DNA of 63,614 bases, filler included, from Octopus bimaculoides (taxonomy: Eukaryota): NCBI RefSeq assembly GCF_001194135.2. It is 8 parts of 7 records of this genome, joined end to end, with 100 filler letters (N's around TTAATTAATTAA, not from the genome) between each part and the next. Parts side by side here need not be neighbours in the genome. Positions count along the whole stretch, not along the records: positions 9,327 to 27,809 come from NC_068987.1; 7 more parts are not named here. One strand, written 5' to 3'. Under the pieces are notes generated by a model. It did no database searches and was not told the origin of the DNA. It worked only from the letters and a program-made list of their open reading frames with translations. A program made the translations under genes and the position numbers. Position 1 is the stretch's first letter, and every line of letters begins with the position of its first letter. Shown piece after piece: positions 12,660-26,147 of this stretch.

Positions 12660-13530
12660 CAAGTGGAACAACGTAATGTATATGTATATATGAATATCCC
12701 CTTCAACCTAGCAAAAAGGATATGTACTATAGTTTCTAATGCAAGCACCAAGGACACGCGACTACATGAACTAAAGGATACACTCATCACCAGGAACTAC
12801 CCACCTTCACTAATTGACATATGCTTTCAACGTGCCCTACAACTCAACATCCACGAACTCAGACATGCCAAATTAAAAAGGACTTACAATCAAAAGCTTT
12901 ACCATACATCTCCACAAACAACCCTCTTAACAATGAAGCCTTCGACACCATCCTTTAACACATTCCCCTGCTAAAAAAGGACCGCAGAATGAACTTAATT
13001 CTCCAAACACACAACATCGTAAAAAGCAAGAGACAGCCCAAATCTATGAAAAGTCTCCTAACACAAGCCCGAAAACGATCAACAACAACACTGAAGCCGT
13101 CAATAAAAAGACGCGGAAGACCCAACTGTGGGACAGGCGTCAATTTAATTGAGGGGTCAGAGTTCTCCTTCAAACAGGGATAACGTTTCACAGTGAAAAG
13201 CAGCTTCACATGTGCTTGGAAGAACCTGATATACGCACTAACCTGCTCTGGATGTCAAGGGCAATACATAGGCCAAACGAAAAACTGTCAGAGGATGGCT
13301 CTACACAGATCCCAGATCAAAATACCAAAACCAGAAAAATAGCTCTCAGCCAACACATCGACATTTGCCCCAATAACAAAGATCCAAGCTTCAGAATTTT
13401 TTCCCTCTACAAATTCAGGATCGATACAACCTGTAGCCAACGAATTAGTAAAGAGACTCTCTTTATTACAAAATACAGACCCATTTTGAACGCATCTACA
13501 ACAAACGACATATCCACCTTAGAATAATAC
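12660..13530 (+). mobile_element. Penelope-like element fragment (RT C-terminus plus GIY-YIG endonuclease), decayed
   Basis: IPFNLAKRICTIVSN...TRNYP, then at ~13190-13345 FTCAWKNLIYALTCSGCQGQYIGQT (GIY-YIG with CxxC). Confidence 0.85.
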
Positions 13531-13889
13531 ACACACAAATATTAAAAATGATACGTTCATTATAAACAGTCCAAATCACTGCTATAATCCACAACGAGCC
13601 ACTTTTAGGTCACCCGACCATTTAACATCCTACTACTATCATACCAACCCACATTCCCTTATTATTCTCTCTTCTTCTCTTTCTCCTTCTTCTTCTTCGT
13701 CTTCTTCCTCTCCGATACCTATTTTCTTGTTTTACTACTACTGCTGTTTAAAATAACACCTCCGCAAATATTTTAAACAATACATTTAAAAGAGGTATCT
13801 CAAGAATTCAATCACTACTAACATCCACAAGTCACTTTCAGGGCACTTAACCATTTAACATCCTAAAACTATCATAGTAGTCCCGCATT

Positions 13890-13964
13890 ATTCTTCTTCT
13901 TCTTCTTCTTCTTCTTCTTCTTCTTCTTCTTCTTCTTCTTCTTCTTCTTCTTCTTCTTCTTCTT
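13890..13964. repeat. (CTT)n microsatellite running into a gap
   Basis: Directly visible. Confidence 0.95.
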
Positions 13965-14382
13965 NNNNNNNNNNNNNNNNNNNNNNNNNNNNNNNNNNNN
14001 NNNNNNNNNNNNNNNNNNNNNNNNNNNNNNNNNNNNNNNNNNNNNNNNNNNNNNNNNNNNNNNNNNNNNNNNNNNNNNNNNNNNNNNNNNNNNNNNNNNN
14101 NNNNNNNNNNNNNNNNNNNNNNNNNNNNNNNNNNNNNNNNNNNNNNNNNNNNNNNNNNNNNNNNNNNNNNNNNNNNNNNNNNNNNNNNNNNNNNNNNNNN
14201 NNNNNNNNNNNNNNNNNNNNNNNNNNNNNNNNNNNNNNNNNNNNNNNNNNNNNNNNNNNNNNNNNNNNNNNNNNNNNNNNNNNNNNNNNNNNNNNNNNNN
14301 NNNNNNNNATATATATATATATATATTTATATCTTTATATATATTATATACATATATATATTATTTATATTATTATATATAT

Positions 14383-14441
<59 letters not shown>

Positions 14442-14619
14442 TACACGCACATATAATATATCTACACAAATTTATATATGTGAGTGTAGTACAACATATA
14501 CATATATTCGCATGAATACGAATGTGTGTATGTGTATGTTGCATGTACTTGATTGAATATACAACTATATGCATGCTTAGTCAGTTTTATCAACATTTTT
14601 TTCTTTTATTTTCGTATGA

Positions 14620-15000
14620 TCTACTTGCTGTTTGATCGAAATGATAAATTTTCCAAAGTTAGCATCAACATTTCCAGATCATAATAGTCTCACATTTAGT
14701 ATAAGTAATGTTACCCGCTATTGCTGTTCCTCTCTTGAAAATATGGTCAACGTATTTCAAGTAGATGTTAGTGATGAAATGATATCTTAGACGTTTACGC
14801 AACATTACTCGATTCTTAATTTATACGTATATGGCTGAGTCTGTGTGTTATTTCCTTCTCTCCTTTTTGAGGATTGTTGCTTCCATTAATAATGGTCTTT
14901 TTTTGTGGGGAATTTTGTGAAATATTGGCATGTAGTCCACTAATATTTTCTTATTTAGTTTTGTTTTGTATGGTATAATGCGTTACATTTTATTTTTGTG
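14620..15000 (-). mobile_element. Highly decayed Penelope-type RT remnant
   Basis: Minus-strand VDYMPIFHKIPH and LKYVDHIFKRGTAIAGNITY resemble the PLE RT motifs D..SLYTNIPH and Q.KGTAMG in the correct order. Confidence 0.45.
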
Positions 15001-16723
15001 GGAACTATATAGTAAGTAAATGGGAGAATGAAGTACACTATAACCAATCACCAACGTTTTCAATTTTCACGCTAGCAAATGTAAATATAAATCACAAGCT
15101 TGATCTCGTGAGCACATGGTTGTTGGATATTTTCGTTGAGGTTTGTAGTATTTTTTTATGTATACTATTAATTTCAAGTTAACGTTTATTGAAAGCATCT
15201 TATGTTCGCTTTAGGAGAGCAGTTTTTGGTACTATACGCTTCTATATTATTAAACATATGGATTTAATTCTTGTAACAATGCTTATACGTCTTGTGTATG
15301 TTTAATATGTTGTATCTTATGTGATTATTACTGTATTCTCCAGCTGATTGCCGATTTAGTTCATTAGTTTATGTGCTATCTATTTATTTGAATATTTCCT
15401 ATTTCTATGTATGACTAAGTATTTATAACTCAATTGTAAACGCTCATAGTGTATCTGTTGTTTTCAGAAATGGGATCGTTTCAATGCTAGTTTTATTTTT
15501 GTTTTCTAGATTTTCATTTATTTATCGACATCTTGCGATTACAACGAAATTATATACGATGTGTCCATAACAATGAAATTATATACGTTTTGGTGCCATC
15601 TCGCTCCCTATTTGGTCACATGATGCATTGTAAACGAGGTCCGAAATGGACATATTACATCGTCAGTTATGTTGTCGACTCACACTTTTTAGAGGAATAA
15701 ACGTGTATGCGAAGCAAATTATTTTTGTGATACGCCCAATAGCATGCATCACAAATGCTTCACATCATAGGTACAATATATGGAGGAAAATCACGGAAAA
15801 TGGAGCGGGTCTATTGACTAGATTGGATTAGCATTATTTTTAAGTAATATTAATTTCTCCAATATACAGAGAGTTGGTGGATTCCCTCTAAGGAATATGA
15901 TTGCATAAACACGGAAAAACAAAATATATTTTTTACGGAATGAATGATACTTTATCCATCTTTTTTCCAGTCAGATACTATAATTTTCGAAATCCCTTAG
16001 AATGATGACATCACTTTTCTAAGGTTTTTACATAGAATGAAGCATACATAACCTATAATATGTAGCTTAATGGAATCATTCCAACAATATCCTGCAAGGA
16101 TTTAAACAAGGCCCTGTAATTAAGTGAAATAAGCGCATGATGAAGAGATACTGAAGTAAATTATCTCAGTACTACCAAGTACAGACGTTAACATATATTC
16201 TTCCTAAAAACCGTTGTTCTACAAATATATAATTTCTTGAAACAGAACATTTCATATGAAAACATTCAGAAGAATTCTTCACAACATCTCAATGAAAAAT
16301 AGAAACACCGTGAAAGAAAAATCCCGTTAAAATGATTACACACAGAAATCGGAAATATAAAAAACTTATTCTGCAATAAGATGAGAGAGCAGTAAAATTT
16401 GTCAAAGCTGTAGCAAACAAAACAAAAAAACTCGAAACAATTTTTAGCAGATTTCAAAACGAAGTAGTTGCACTTTATTACAGAATAGAGTTATTTGTTG
16501 AATAACTAGCTTATCGCAAGTTAAGTAGAATACTGAATATTCAACAGTATATTTTCTATACCGATGATTTGCATTTAAACGTACCTACGTACATACAAAC
16601 ATACATACATAAACACATGACATCGCTTTGGTACCTATATTTCAACGAGGTGGGCGTTGTATCTTTGATAGAAATCAGTTCCTCCCTGGCAGGAAGAATT
16701 TTAATAATTAAAAATATAACATT

Positions 16724-16811
<88 letters not shown>

Positions 16812-18445
16812 GTGTGTGTGTGTGTTATCAGATGGGTTATTCAATACTAGAATTTCAGTTATGTCAGTATAAAATAAGATGTTCTGTCATCCGCAGATGA
16901 ATTAGCCTAATGCATTTCCCTCAGACTCTTTGCTTAAACCCATGGGATAATGAAGCAACTGTTCAATCAATCAAATGCAGATTTGAAATACATTGACTTT
17001 GCTAATATTCTCGATGCAGTCGATCAGAAGATAATGTACCTCGAGCTACGTATTTTCTGAATAGATGAAAACGATATGAGCGGTTTAAGAAGAGAAATCA
17101 TGTTACAACCAACAGTAAACCTTCTAATGACTCAACAACTCTAACTGAATTGCCATTGGATACACTTTTGGGAAAGTTTTATTTGTTATAGCAATCTGAT
17201 ACATAAGCTCACTTTTATGAATAGATGCGTGAAATGGCTATGATAACGGTGTTCCTCATCAACGCACGCAATATCTCTGATGATGGTCAAATACTAACTA
17301 ATCTAATGTATTAGATGTGACACAGTCATATGGCTTCAGGACTCATAATTGCTTCACAGCGTATCAAAACTGCATACAAACTATCAGAGTGGTTTTAAGT
17401 AACGACGGGTAACTTAAAAACAAAAAACACATGCAATACATTCTGTAATGTATTACGAACTCTGAGCTCCGATAACATCTTTTTAACACCTTGAATTCTA
17501 ACGTTCGATACATAACATTAAGAAATAGTAAAATTCTAAAGCGAAAATATGTACGCGACCTCAAAATTGTTACGAATTAAGAAACATCCTTACGCATACT
17601 TCCTAGCAACATGCCGACGACTGGTAGCAGTTGTAATCTGAGAATATTTTGAGTATGACCACTAGTAGCGATCTTGATCCTTTTGAAGATACCTTTACGC
17701 AGTCATCTCATCCCAATTGTAGACTATCACAGTGCCCAGTTCACTTTCAAACTGGGAGCAATCGTATACAAATGAAATTCCTCACTCAAAGTTGTTGAAA
17801 ACTTTAAAATGTATTTGACATTGAAAGCTATTCAGGTCCAAGGATGAGGCATCATTCCAGAAAAAATAAAACGTCTTAGTATTTTGATTCCCTCACTGAA
17901 AACATAGTATCGCCTCAGATTCAGTTTCAAGTGATTAGAGTTATTCAATAACGTCTCGCAAAAATAACGGATCTAAAATGAATAGATTGTTAACAAAGAC
18001 AGCATTCTATTGTACTAAACATTAGAGTTAAGTATAGTATAAAAGAGAACAGCATCGAATATTCTCATCTATGAAACATAAATTACATAGCACAAGCTAG
18101 AGCTGCACTAATGGGCTAAACCCTATACCTAGCTCTTTCACCAGTTAATGGCAAGAAGGGAAATAACTTAGTGCTGTTCTTTTTTCTCTGGTTAACTTTG
18201 ATAAAACAAACGTATGATCAGCAGCAATCTAGGCATGACCGACTTGTGTATTACAGGTATTACGGGTTTTCATTGCATATGAGGACAAGGTTTCAATTGA
18301 TGAAGATTTGGCTAGTGTTTCTAGCTGAGCGAGAGATCAGGTAAAATTATTAGAGCTACAACTTGCATTTGATAATATACGTAAATATATATATATGTGC
18401 AAAAACACCTAAACACATATAGGTATGTATATATGTATATGTATG

Positions 18446-20118
18446 TCATTATTCAGTTTTATTTCAAGATATCTTTGTCACGAGAGAAAGAGCCAGCTGC
18501 TAACCTAGATCCAAGGCTCCTTCATGGGAATTTCAACATCAACAACAGGGTATTTTTCTATGTATGTCTCTTCTATTTTTTTAAATTTTTATAAATCATC
18601 CACTGAGGAGGGAGCTAGTTTCCAACAAAGGTACAAGGCCCCATTTTTGAGATGTAGTTAACACAGACAAATTCATATTTGGAGCATGAGAAAAGTCTTG
18701 CATATGTTTACTCTTCCACTCACAGATTGGACTTGTAATGTACGAGTCAGCCGGTCAATTACTCTTTCTGAAAATCCCAGTTTATACAGATTCTCCTTTA
18801 AGCTTTTACTAACAAAACCTAGTGCTCCAATTATTATTGGTATGAATATGAATTCAGAGTCTGGATATAGAAGCTGGAGGTTTCGAAACAGTTGTCCATG
18901 GATATCCTGTTTTTCTTTGATTTTCAGACAGATATTTATATCTGCAGGGCAGCTAACCTCTATGATGGGACATACTTTTGTCCCTTTGTCCCAAACAGCA
19001 ATGTCCGGCATTTTTATGCTTACATTTGATAGACGTTTTGATGGGAATATTCCACCAGCATCCTTTGAGTTGGTGTTTATGAATGTATTCCCAAACAGAG
19101 GGATTTTCTAAGTTTATTTCAGGACAGTCATTTTTGCGGATGGCATTCTAAATTGTTTTAGCAACAACATCCATAAGGATGCTAATCACATGCGTCATAT
19201 CTTCCACAGAAACATGACATAGCCTACACCTGCGGTTGCACCTTGGGATTCACTGTCTCTCTTTTTCACCAGGTACCTTGTGGCAATCTCTTGTACCTGG
19301 ATTGCAAACGCATACCCTTCAGAGTGTGATGTGATGTGGTGGTTTTGTGTCCAAGAAAGGTTGCGCTCCGTGACAATTCTACTGTCTTCTTCAAGCTTCC
19401 GGGCAACATACCTATGCATGTTTTTTTTTTTTTTTTGTATGCTGAGTGCTTTCCATCCAGGTCTTCTCTGAGTTAAGAGAGCCCTGCAGTTTTGAGGCTG
19501 TATAGGAGATCATCAGGAAGAGAGTGTTTCTTGAGGAGTTCACTACCAACTCGTACAATGTTGCTCACTTCACTTTTCAGGACGGCATTAATATGTTTTT
19601 TACTCTTTTTGTTTAGCAGGTGTTGTTTGAGTGATATCATACAGCATTCGAAGGCCGTCTACACTGATCCCAGGCCTCTAACAGCTTCATTTCTTCTTAG
19701 GTAGATCTCTTCAACATCACTGTTTCTGTGGAACTTTCCAGTTGTTGTCAGGATTTTGAGGGTTTGATATCTATCAAGTGGATTTCTTATCCAGACCAAT
19801 CAAGTAATCCAAATGTTAAGATCAGCACTGGTACTGCCAGTGCATTGTGGGATATTGTTTTGTTGTAAGAGGAGAGTTCCGACTGCCATATTTTCCTAAG
19901 TCTGGTGTAACATTCTCGAGTCACTCTGTAACATACTTTGTGTGGAATAGGGGAGATTGAGAGACCGTTGATGCAAAGGTTTTGGGTTTCCTCGTTCTAT
20001 AACAAAATATGAATATTTCTTTTGGCCAAATTCCATGCCCATATCATCTGAAAATGTTGTTATTAATTCCAGTTGTTTTTTGGCATTGTTAACGTTTTAG
20101 CATAAATATTCAGGTCGT
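18446..20118 (-). mobile_element. 5'-truncated R4/Dong-like RLE non-LTR retrotransposon, copy 1
   Basis: DLNIYAK...TFSDDMGMEFG (RT motif 5 region) at the 5' break; HSEGYAFAIQVQEIATRYL; RLE domain PDIAVWDK...IIEVSCPAD...IPIIIGALG (ORF 18673-19011); then a 3' UTR. Confidence 0.85.
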
Positions 20119-20183
20119 GTGTATGTATGTATGTATGTATGTATGTATGTATGCATGTATGTACGTGTGTGTGTATGTATGCA

Positions 20184-21850
20184 TTTTTCCGTGCAGATTT
20201 GTATTTTTTCCTTTATGCATGTATTCTCACACATAGAGCTGCGAATCTAGACATACTCATATATACTTAAATGAAAAAAGTCTAGCAAATTTTACAAATT
20301 TCTGCAGTTCCACTGATGGCTTGGATCTGTAGTCTTCGAATCAGCTGTCTCCTTTTTGATTTTGTGAAGATTAATTTCTCAAGATTGGTATTTAGGCAGT
20401 GTGTTACATATCCCAGTGCCCTAATAATTACAGGTATAGACCTGAAATTGTAATTTGGATAGAGTAGCTGCAGATTTCTCAATAGTTCAATGGCAGTATT
20501 CTCTTTTTCACTGATCTTATATTAACATCTGCTTAGCAGCTGATTTCCATAACAGTGACGGTTTCTCTTCTCTATCCAAAATCAATATATCAGATCTATT
20601 GTGTTTATATTTTATTGAGGTTTTCATAGGGACATTCTACCAGTACTCTTTTTTGTTATGAATAGCTATGGCTTCCACCATACTGTGGGTTTATTCTTTC
20701 GACGGATCTCCTTATCCAGTGCCCTAATTACAACATCATGTCTCATCGGTAGATAATACCGTGATGGCATTTTCGGACAACTGCTTATGATGTGTGTGAT
20801 ATCTTCGATGTTAACTCCACAAAGTCTGCATCAGTTGTCACATTTTACTGCTTTTCCTGCATCTCTGTCCCTTTTATGCATCAGGTATTTGGTAAATATT
20901 TCCTGTTCCTGGATTGCAAAGGCAGTGTTTTCTAAGTGCGTGGTCGTAATTCAGTTGTTGGGCCACGATAGACTACTTTGGTGATCAATGTTATTATCAT
21001 CTCTGGAACTTTCTAATAACATACCCATGCATGATCTTCTGCTTATATATGCTCACCCTTTCATCTGATGATACGTTGCGGTAGAGTCGAGCGACTTTCT
21101 TGGGCATGCTTTTGAGCATGTATCAGACAAGGAATGCTACTGAAGGAGCTGCATTCCAAGTCATATGATGTTATCAGCCCCATGGATGGAAACTTGGTCA
21201 AAGGATGCACTTCAACACTTGCCGAAAGGATATGATACGACATTCAAAGGCATTTTGAATCAACGTTAAGCCTCCGCCGCCTTATTTTCGTTTTAGGTAG
21301 AAGAGCTCTACGTCACCATTGATTTGAAAATTATGTGTGCTTGTTAGTATCTTCCGGGTTTTCACATCAATGGCTCGGATCACGTCAAGCGTCCAATGAA
21401 GCAGCCCAAATGTTGGTATGAGTACTGGCACTGCAAACACATTGTGGGCCACTGATTTATTGAATACAGAGAGTTCCGAGGTTTAAATTTTCTTTATTCG
21501 ACTGTAATATTCTTTACTGACACGTATTTTGTTACAGGTGCCATTGTAAGATATGTTTTCACTCACCCCTAGATAATTGTAACATTCTGCATCAGATATA
21601 GGGGAAACAGTCAAGTCATGGATGGAGGTGTTGCTAGTCTTGTTTACTGTTTATCTTCTTTTTCACAATATAGCAACATTTTTTCTAACTAGACTCTATA
21701 TCTTTTCAGAATGTTGTAACCAGGTCAAGGCTCTTTTTCATCCCTTGCATATTCTTTGTATATAGTTTCAAGTCATCGACAAAGAAACAGTGTGTAATTT
21801 TGTTTTTTCCGTTTCATTGTCAGCCAGTGAGATAGCCTTCAGACTTCGTT
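20184..21850 (-). mobile_element. R4/Dong-like RLE retrotransposon, copy 2 (decayed, different subfamily)
   Basis: RNLQLLYPNYNFRSIPVIIRALGYV...LQIQAISG parallels the copy 1 RLE; AIQEQEIFTKYL-like and CRKC/RH zinc-knuckle remnants lie upstream. Confidence 0.8.
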
Positions 21851-22506
21851 AACATGAATGACAAGCGATTTACAGAAAGTATATACATCACAGAGGTTGA
21901 ATATGGCTCGACGATACTGTATTCCATCAGTGATAATAGTCACTCATTGTGTTTGTGCAGAGGTATGTATATTGGTGGGTATGTTGGTATGTATTTGTTT
22001 ATATATGCATGTATGTTTAGCTATATATATGTACGAATATATGTACGTTTGTGTCTGTATATGTGTGTGCGCGTGCGCTTCCATACGTGCGTGCGTGCGT
22101 GCGTGAAAGCGTGCGTGCGTGCGTGCGTGCGTGCATGTCGGTGAGGGTGTGTGTATGAGTGAGGAATAGATCGAAAAGAGTCACAAAATATTGAGAGAAG
22201 CTTTGCAAGCATTTAGTATGGCTAGAACTTAGTGTATTTGCAGACCTCAATAAAATTTAACATCAAGATAATTGAGGTGTCTCGTTCTCCGCAATATACT
22301 TAAAATTTTTTAACATTATCATTTAGCATCGATGTTGCCTGCATATAGTGGCTTACGCGTCTATCACATTACAGAAATATAGAAACACATATACATATGC
22401 ATACACCTACACACGCATACAATTACACACACATATAGTCACGCATATATGCCTATGCATGTATATAGATTATTTATATACGTATATATAAATTATTGTA
22501 TGTATG

Positions 22507-22554
<48 letters not shown>

Positions 22555-23187
22555 AACATACACATATATATATACATATGCATACACATATACATGCATG
22601 TATATATTGTATATGCGTTTGAAAATTTATGTAGACAGGCTCTAGCAAATACACACACATACGCACACACACAATCACACACATCACATAACACACACAA
22701 CTCACACATCAAGGCGTATATACATGCTCGCACAGAGTATTGGTCCCTTGTATTACTTTAGTACCGAATCAATATGCACTATGCGTATGGAAGTAATATT
22801 TTGGCAGATATCGTAATTTCTCTAAAGTATGTTTTGTTTATGTCTGCATTAAGATATACCGGAGGGTAAAATAAAGAATGGCAATAAAGCAATATTATAA
22901 CTTTCAGAAGCTTCAAAAATTTACTCTGCTGATTGCAATTTTTAGCCATATATTTACTATGAAATGCACACACACACATAGACACAAAACATCTCATGCA
23001 CACACGTAGACATACAAAACGAACAGACATAGGTATTAATATAAATTGTTCGTTACAAGAAGCATAACCATATATACACGTTTGTACAAGTACGTAGGCT
23101 CACGTTATTAAGCATACATATATACGATTATATAAGTATTCCTGCATAAGCATATATGTATGAGTATGTAAATATATACATATAGAC

Positions 23188-23221
<34 letters not shown>

Positions 23222-23327
23222 NNNNNNNNNNNNNNNNNNNNNNNNNNNNNNNNNNNNNNNNNNNNNNNNNNNNNNNNNNNNNNNNNNNNNNNNNNNNNNN
23301 NNNNNNNNNNNNNNNNNNNNNTGGTGT

Positions 23328-23427
23328 CGATCAAAAGGGATCGCAGGAAGGGAAAAAGGGGGAGTTCGATCAAAAGGGATCGGAAAAAAATAAACATTAA
23401 AAAAAAGAGACCGATCAATAGGGATCG
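23328..23427. repeat. Three copies of the self-complementary 16-mer CGATCAAAAGGGATCG with 23- and 29-nt spacers
   Basis: Copies at 23328-23343, 23367-23382 and 23412-23427 (third copy CGATCAATAGGGATCG); abuts a gap on the left and (GATA)n on the right. Confidence 0.85.
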
Positions 23428-23430
23428 TGT

Positions 23431-23492
<62 letters not shown>

Positions 23493-24612
23493 TAAACAAA
23501 AGGCAAATGCACTCAATGTTTGCGGTGAGGTTAAAACTTACACACGAACGGCCTCGACAAATGCAGAGCTTAAATTCCGTGTGATAGAGAGATGGTCATT
23601 TCAATCTAATGTCGTATCAATTGCTTACACAGAATTTTCTAGAGCACGGAAAGATTCTGCAAAATCAGTGAATACTTTATTCCCTGTTTTCCATATGCCG
23701 AAGCACATCCTTCAACCCTATTCTTTGTTCAATGCACGTAGATGATGTTTTCTTTCTCAGCGCAACTGTTGACGTAGCAGAAATTTACTCATTTACATAA
23801 AAAAAAATCATGTGCCTCTATATATAAGTGTGTGTGAGGTATGTGTGTGTGTTTATGCACATGTTGTAGTGTATACACTAACATCTCTGTTCATGTGTTA
23901 GCACGGCTATACGATTAACAGCTGGCGCAACGATGCCACAACTTTCTACTGTCTTAATATCGATATGTTGCTTTATGTATACATACATACATACATTCAA
24001 ACACAAACACAAACATATANNNNNNNNNNATCAAATGAAACAAATGCACCCGCACATACTCAAACGTATCAGTGTATAATTGGGTGTGGGTGTGTGTCAT
24101 ATGAGTCTGATTATATTAGCGATATCTGGAAATGAAAGAAATAAAATATAGACACAAATAGCTGTTGTACATACGTTGATATCTTGTTCCAGATTATTGC
24201 TTTGTTTTTGTTATTTTTGTGTTTATTATATCAAATCTATCTTAAGGATTTGGAAGTTAGCAGAAATACCAAGGATGTTAATAAAATTATGTAGACGTGT
24301 CGATTGAGGTTTCTAGCAAATCTGTTGTTACTAATGTGATCAATAAGTCTGGGAAGTTCAGTCATAAACAAGCGAAGCTTCCTTAGTGAGAGTGGTTTGT
24401 TTACTTCGTGTTTGTATTAGTTTTTGGTTAGGCTTCCTTCATAATGATCATGCAAGTTCTTAAGTTTTTCTGTGCCTACCTATGCTTCGTTATGCGTTTA
24501 GATATAATTTTTATTCATAGGATTTTTCAAAATAGCTATAGTTAAGCGTGATCACATTGCTGTTAACTGGCGAAGAGGAAATGTATTAATGTATGTAAGT
24601 ATTATCTAAGTT

Positions 24613-24693
<81 letters not shown>

Positions 24694-25169
24694 GTTATTG
24701 AGTGTGTGTATATATATATATGTATGCATTTGTGTGAGTACTTGTATACGTACGTCTACATGGAACCAACCATAAAAACAAACTTTCTTTACATAAACAC
24801 CATAATAGTAGTTAAGGATTTTACTAAACATTCAGACAACCCGATTTGCTCACACCAAATACTGGTGACAATCACAACTGTAATAATATCAATAAGAAGA
24901 TCAATATCACAAAACGTTAAACGGAATAATAGTGGAAGAACTAGAGAAAGAAAGAGAGAGAGAGAAAGAGGGAGAGAGAGAAAGAGGGAGATAGAGAGAA
25001 AGAAGGAGAGAGAAAGATGGAGAGTGGTGACGGAGAGAGAGAATAGATAATAGTAAATATCTGTTTCGATTTAACAATTTCTATATACTTTAGGAGTTCA
25101 AATTCTGTAGCAAAATTCGCTTCAGGATAATATCAAGATCTTAGCTTCCTGTTAGGCTTTTATTTATTT

Positions 25170-25480
25170 TTAATATGTTTCCATGATTTAATGGTATCAG
25201 CGCAGCCAATAGTATTTCTTTATTCAAAATGTGGGCTTATAAGTCTGATTTGATATTGGTCCACCTAATTTTTACTATACTCCTGCATTAAATACATCTT
25301 GTACCATTTGTACACCATTTGACAATACGATGTTACAGATGGAGTTTCCCATGTTTATAACCACATACAGAGTATTTCGTTGATTTGTTTCATATTGACC
25401 TTTCTTCTTTATCCGCAGGTTCAATCTGATAGAAGAGACATTATCAAAGGCTTTCCAACTATTACCATTCACATTCTTTG
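25170..25480 (-). mobile_element. Very decayed LINE RT remnant
   Basis: KAFDNVS...KG...YVVINMGNS...LSNGVQ and a downstream GCADT resemble the RT motif series KAFD / SGVPQG / YADDT; clade not determinable. Confidence 0.4.
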
Positions 25481-25789
25481 TTTTTTTGTTTTCATTCTTG
25501 ATGTTCTCTGGAATTCACTATCTAATGCGTTCTATTTTTGAGGCAGTAAATTATCATTCTAGGGAGATAGGTCTACTTTTTCACGCACGTAGTCCAGCTG
25601 CATACATCTTCATTTATTTCTATTTCTTGCTGATGATATTACTGGTTTCGTTGTTGTGTAGGACCAGATAAGTACTGAGCAGTAAAATCTAAGTCAAATT
25701 CAGGTTGTTCGGATATCATTTGATGAATTTTGAGGAACGATTTCATGCAATGAGGAGCTGTCAACGGCATTAAATAGTATAAACTTTAA

Positions 25790-26064
25790 ACTTGTAGTAA
25801 AGATAGTTTGCCAACATAACATGGCAGTCCTGGTTTAGGAGGAATGTTGCTGTAATTTAGCCCCAGGAGAAGTGAGGACACGATCTATGTCTTTATATAT
25901 TCGAATTGAGTGGGGGTGCTAGATTCCCTTGTCCGAAAATATAAGGACACAGATCATGTCGTATAGCCAGCTGGATACGATGTCTCCCGGGGCTAAATTG
26001 CAGCAACATCCGTCCTAAACCAGTACTGCCATGTTATGTTGACAAACAATCTTTACAACAAAGT
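25790..26064. mobile_element. Fold-back (MITE-like) element with long imperfect inverted arms
   Basis: 25790-25868 pairs with 25983-26064; the inner gacacgatctatgtctttatatattcgaa pairs with tccgaaaatataaggacacagatcatgtc; scattered mismatches and one indel. Confidence 0.8.
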
Positions 26065-26147
26065 ACTGGTGCTGAATATCTCACGTTGTGAGATGTAAAA
26101 ATAGCAATTTTCTAATTAAACTTGTAGCTGAGAAGAAGTTAGCTGAC

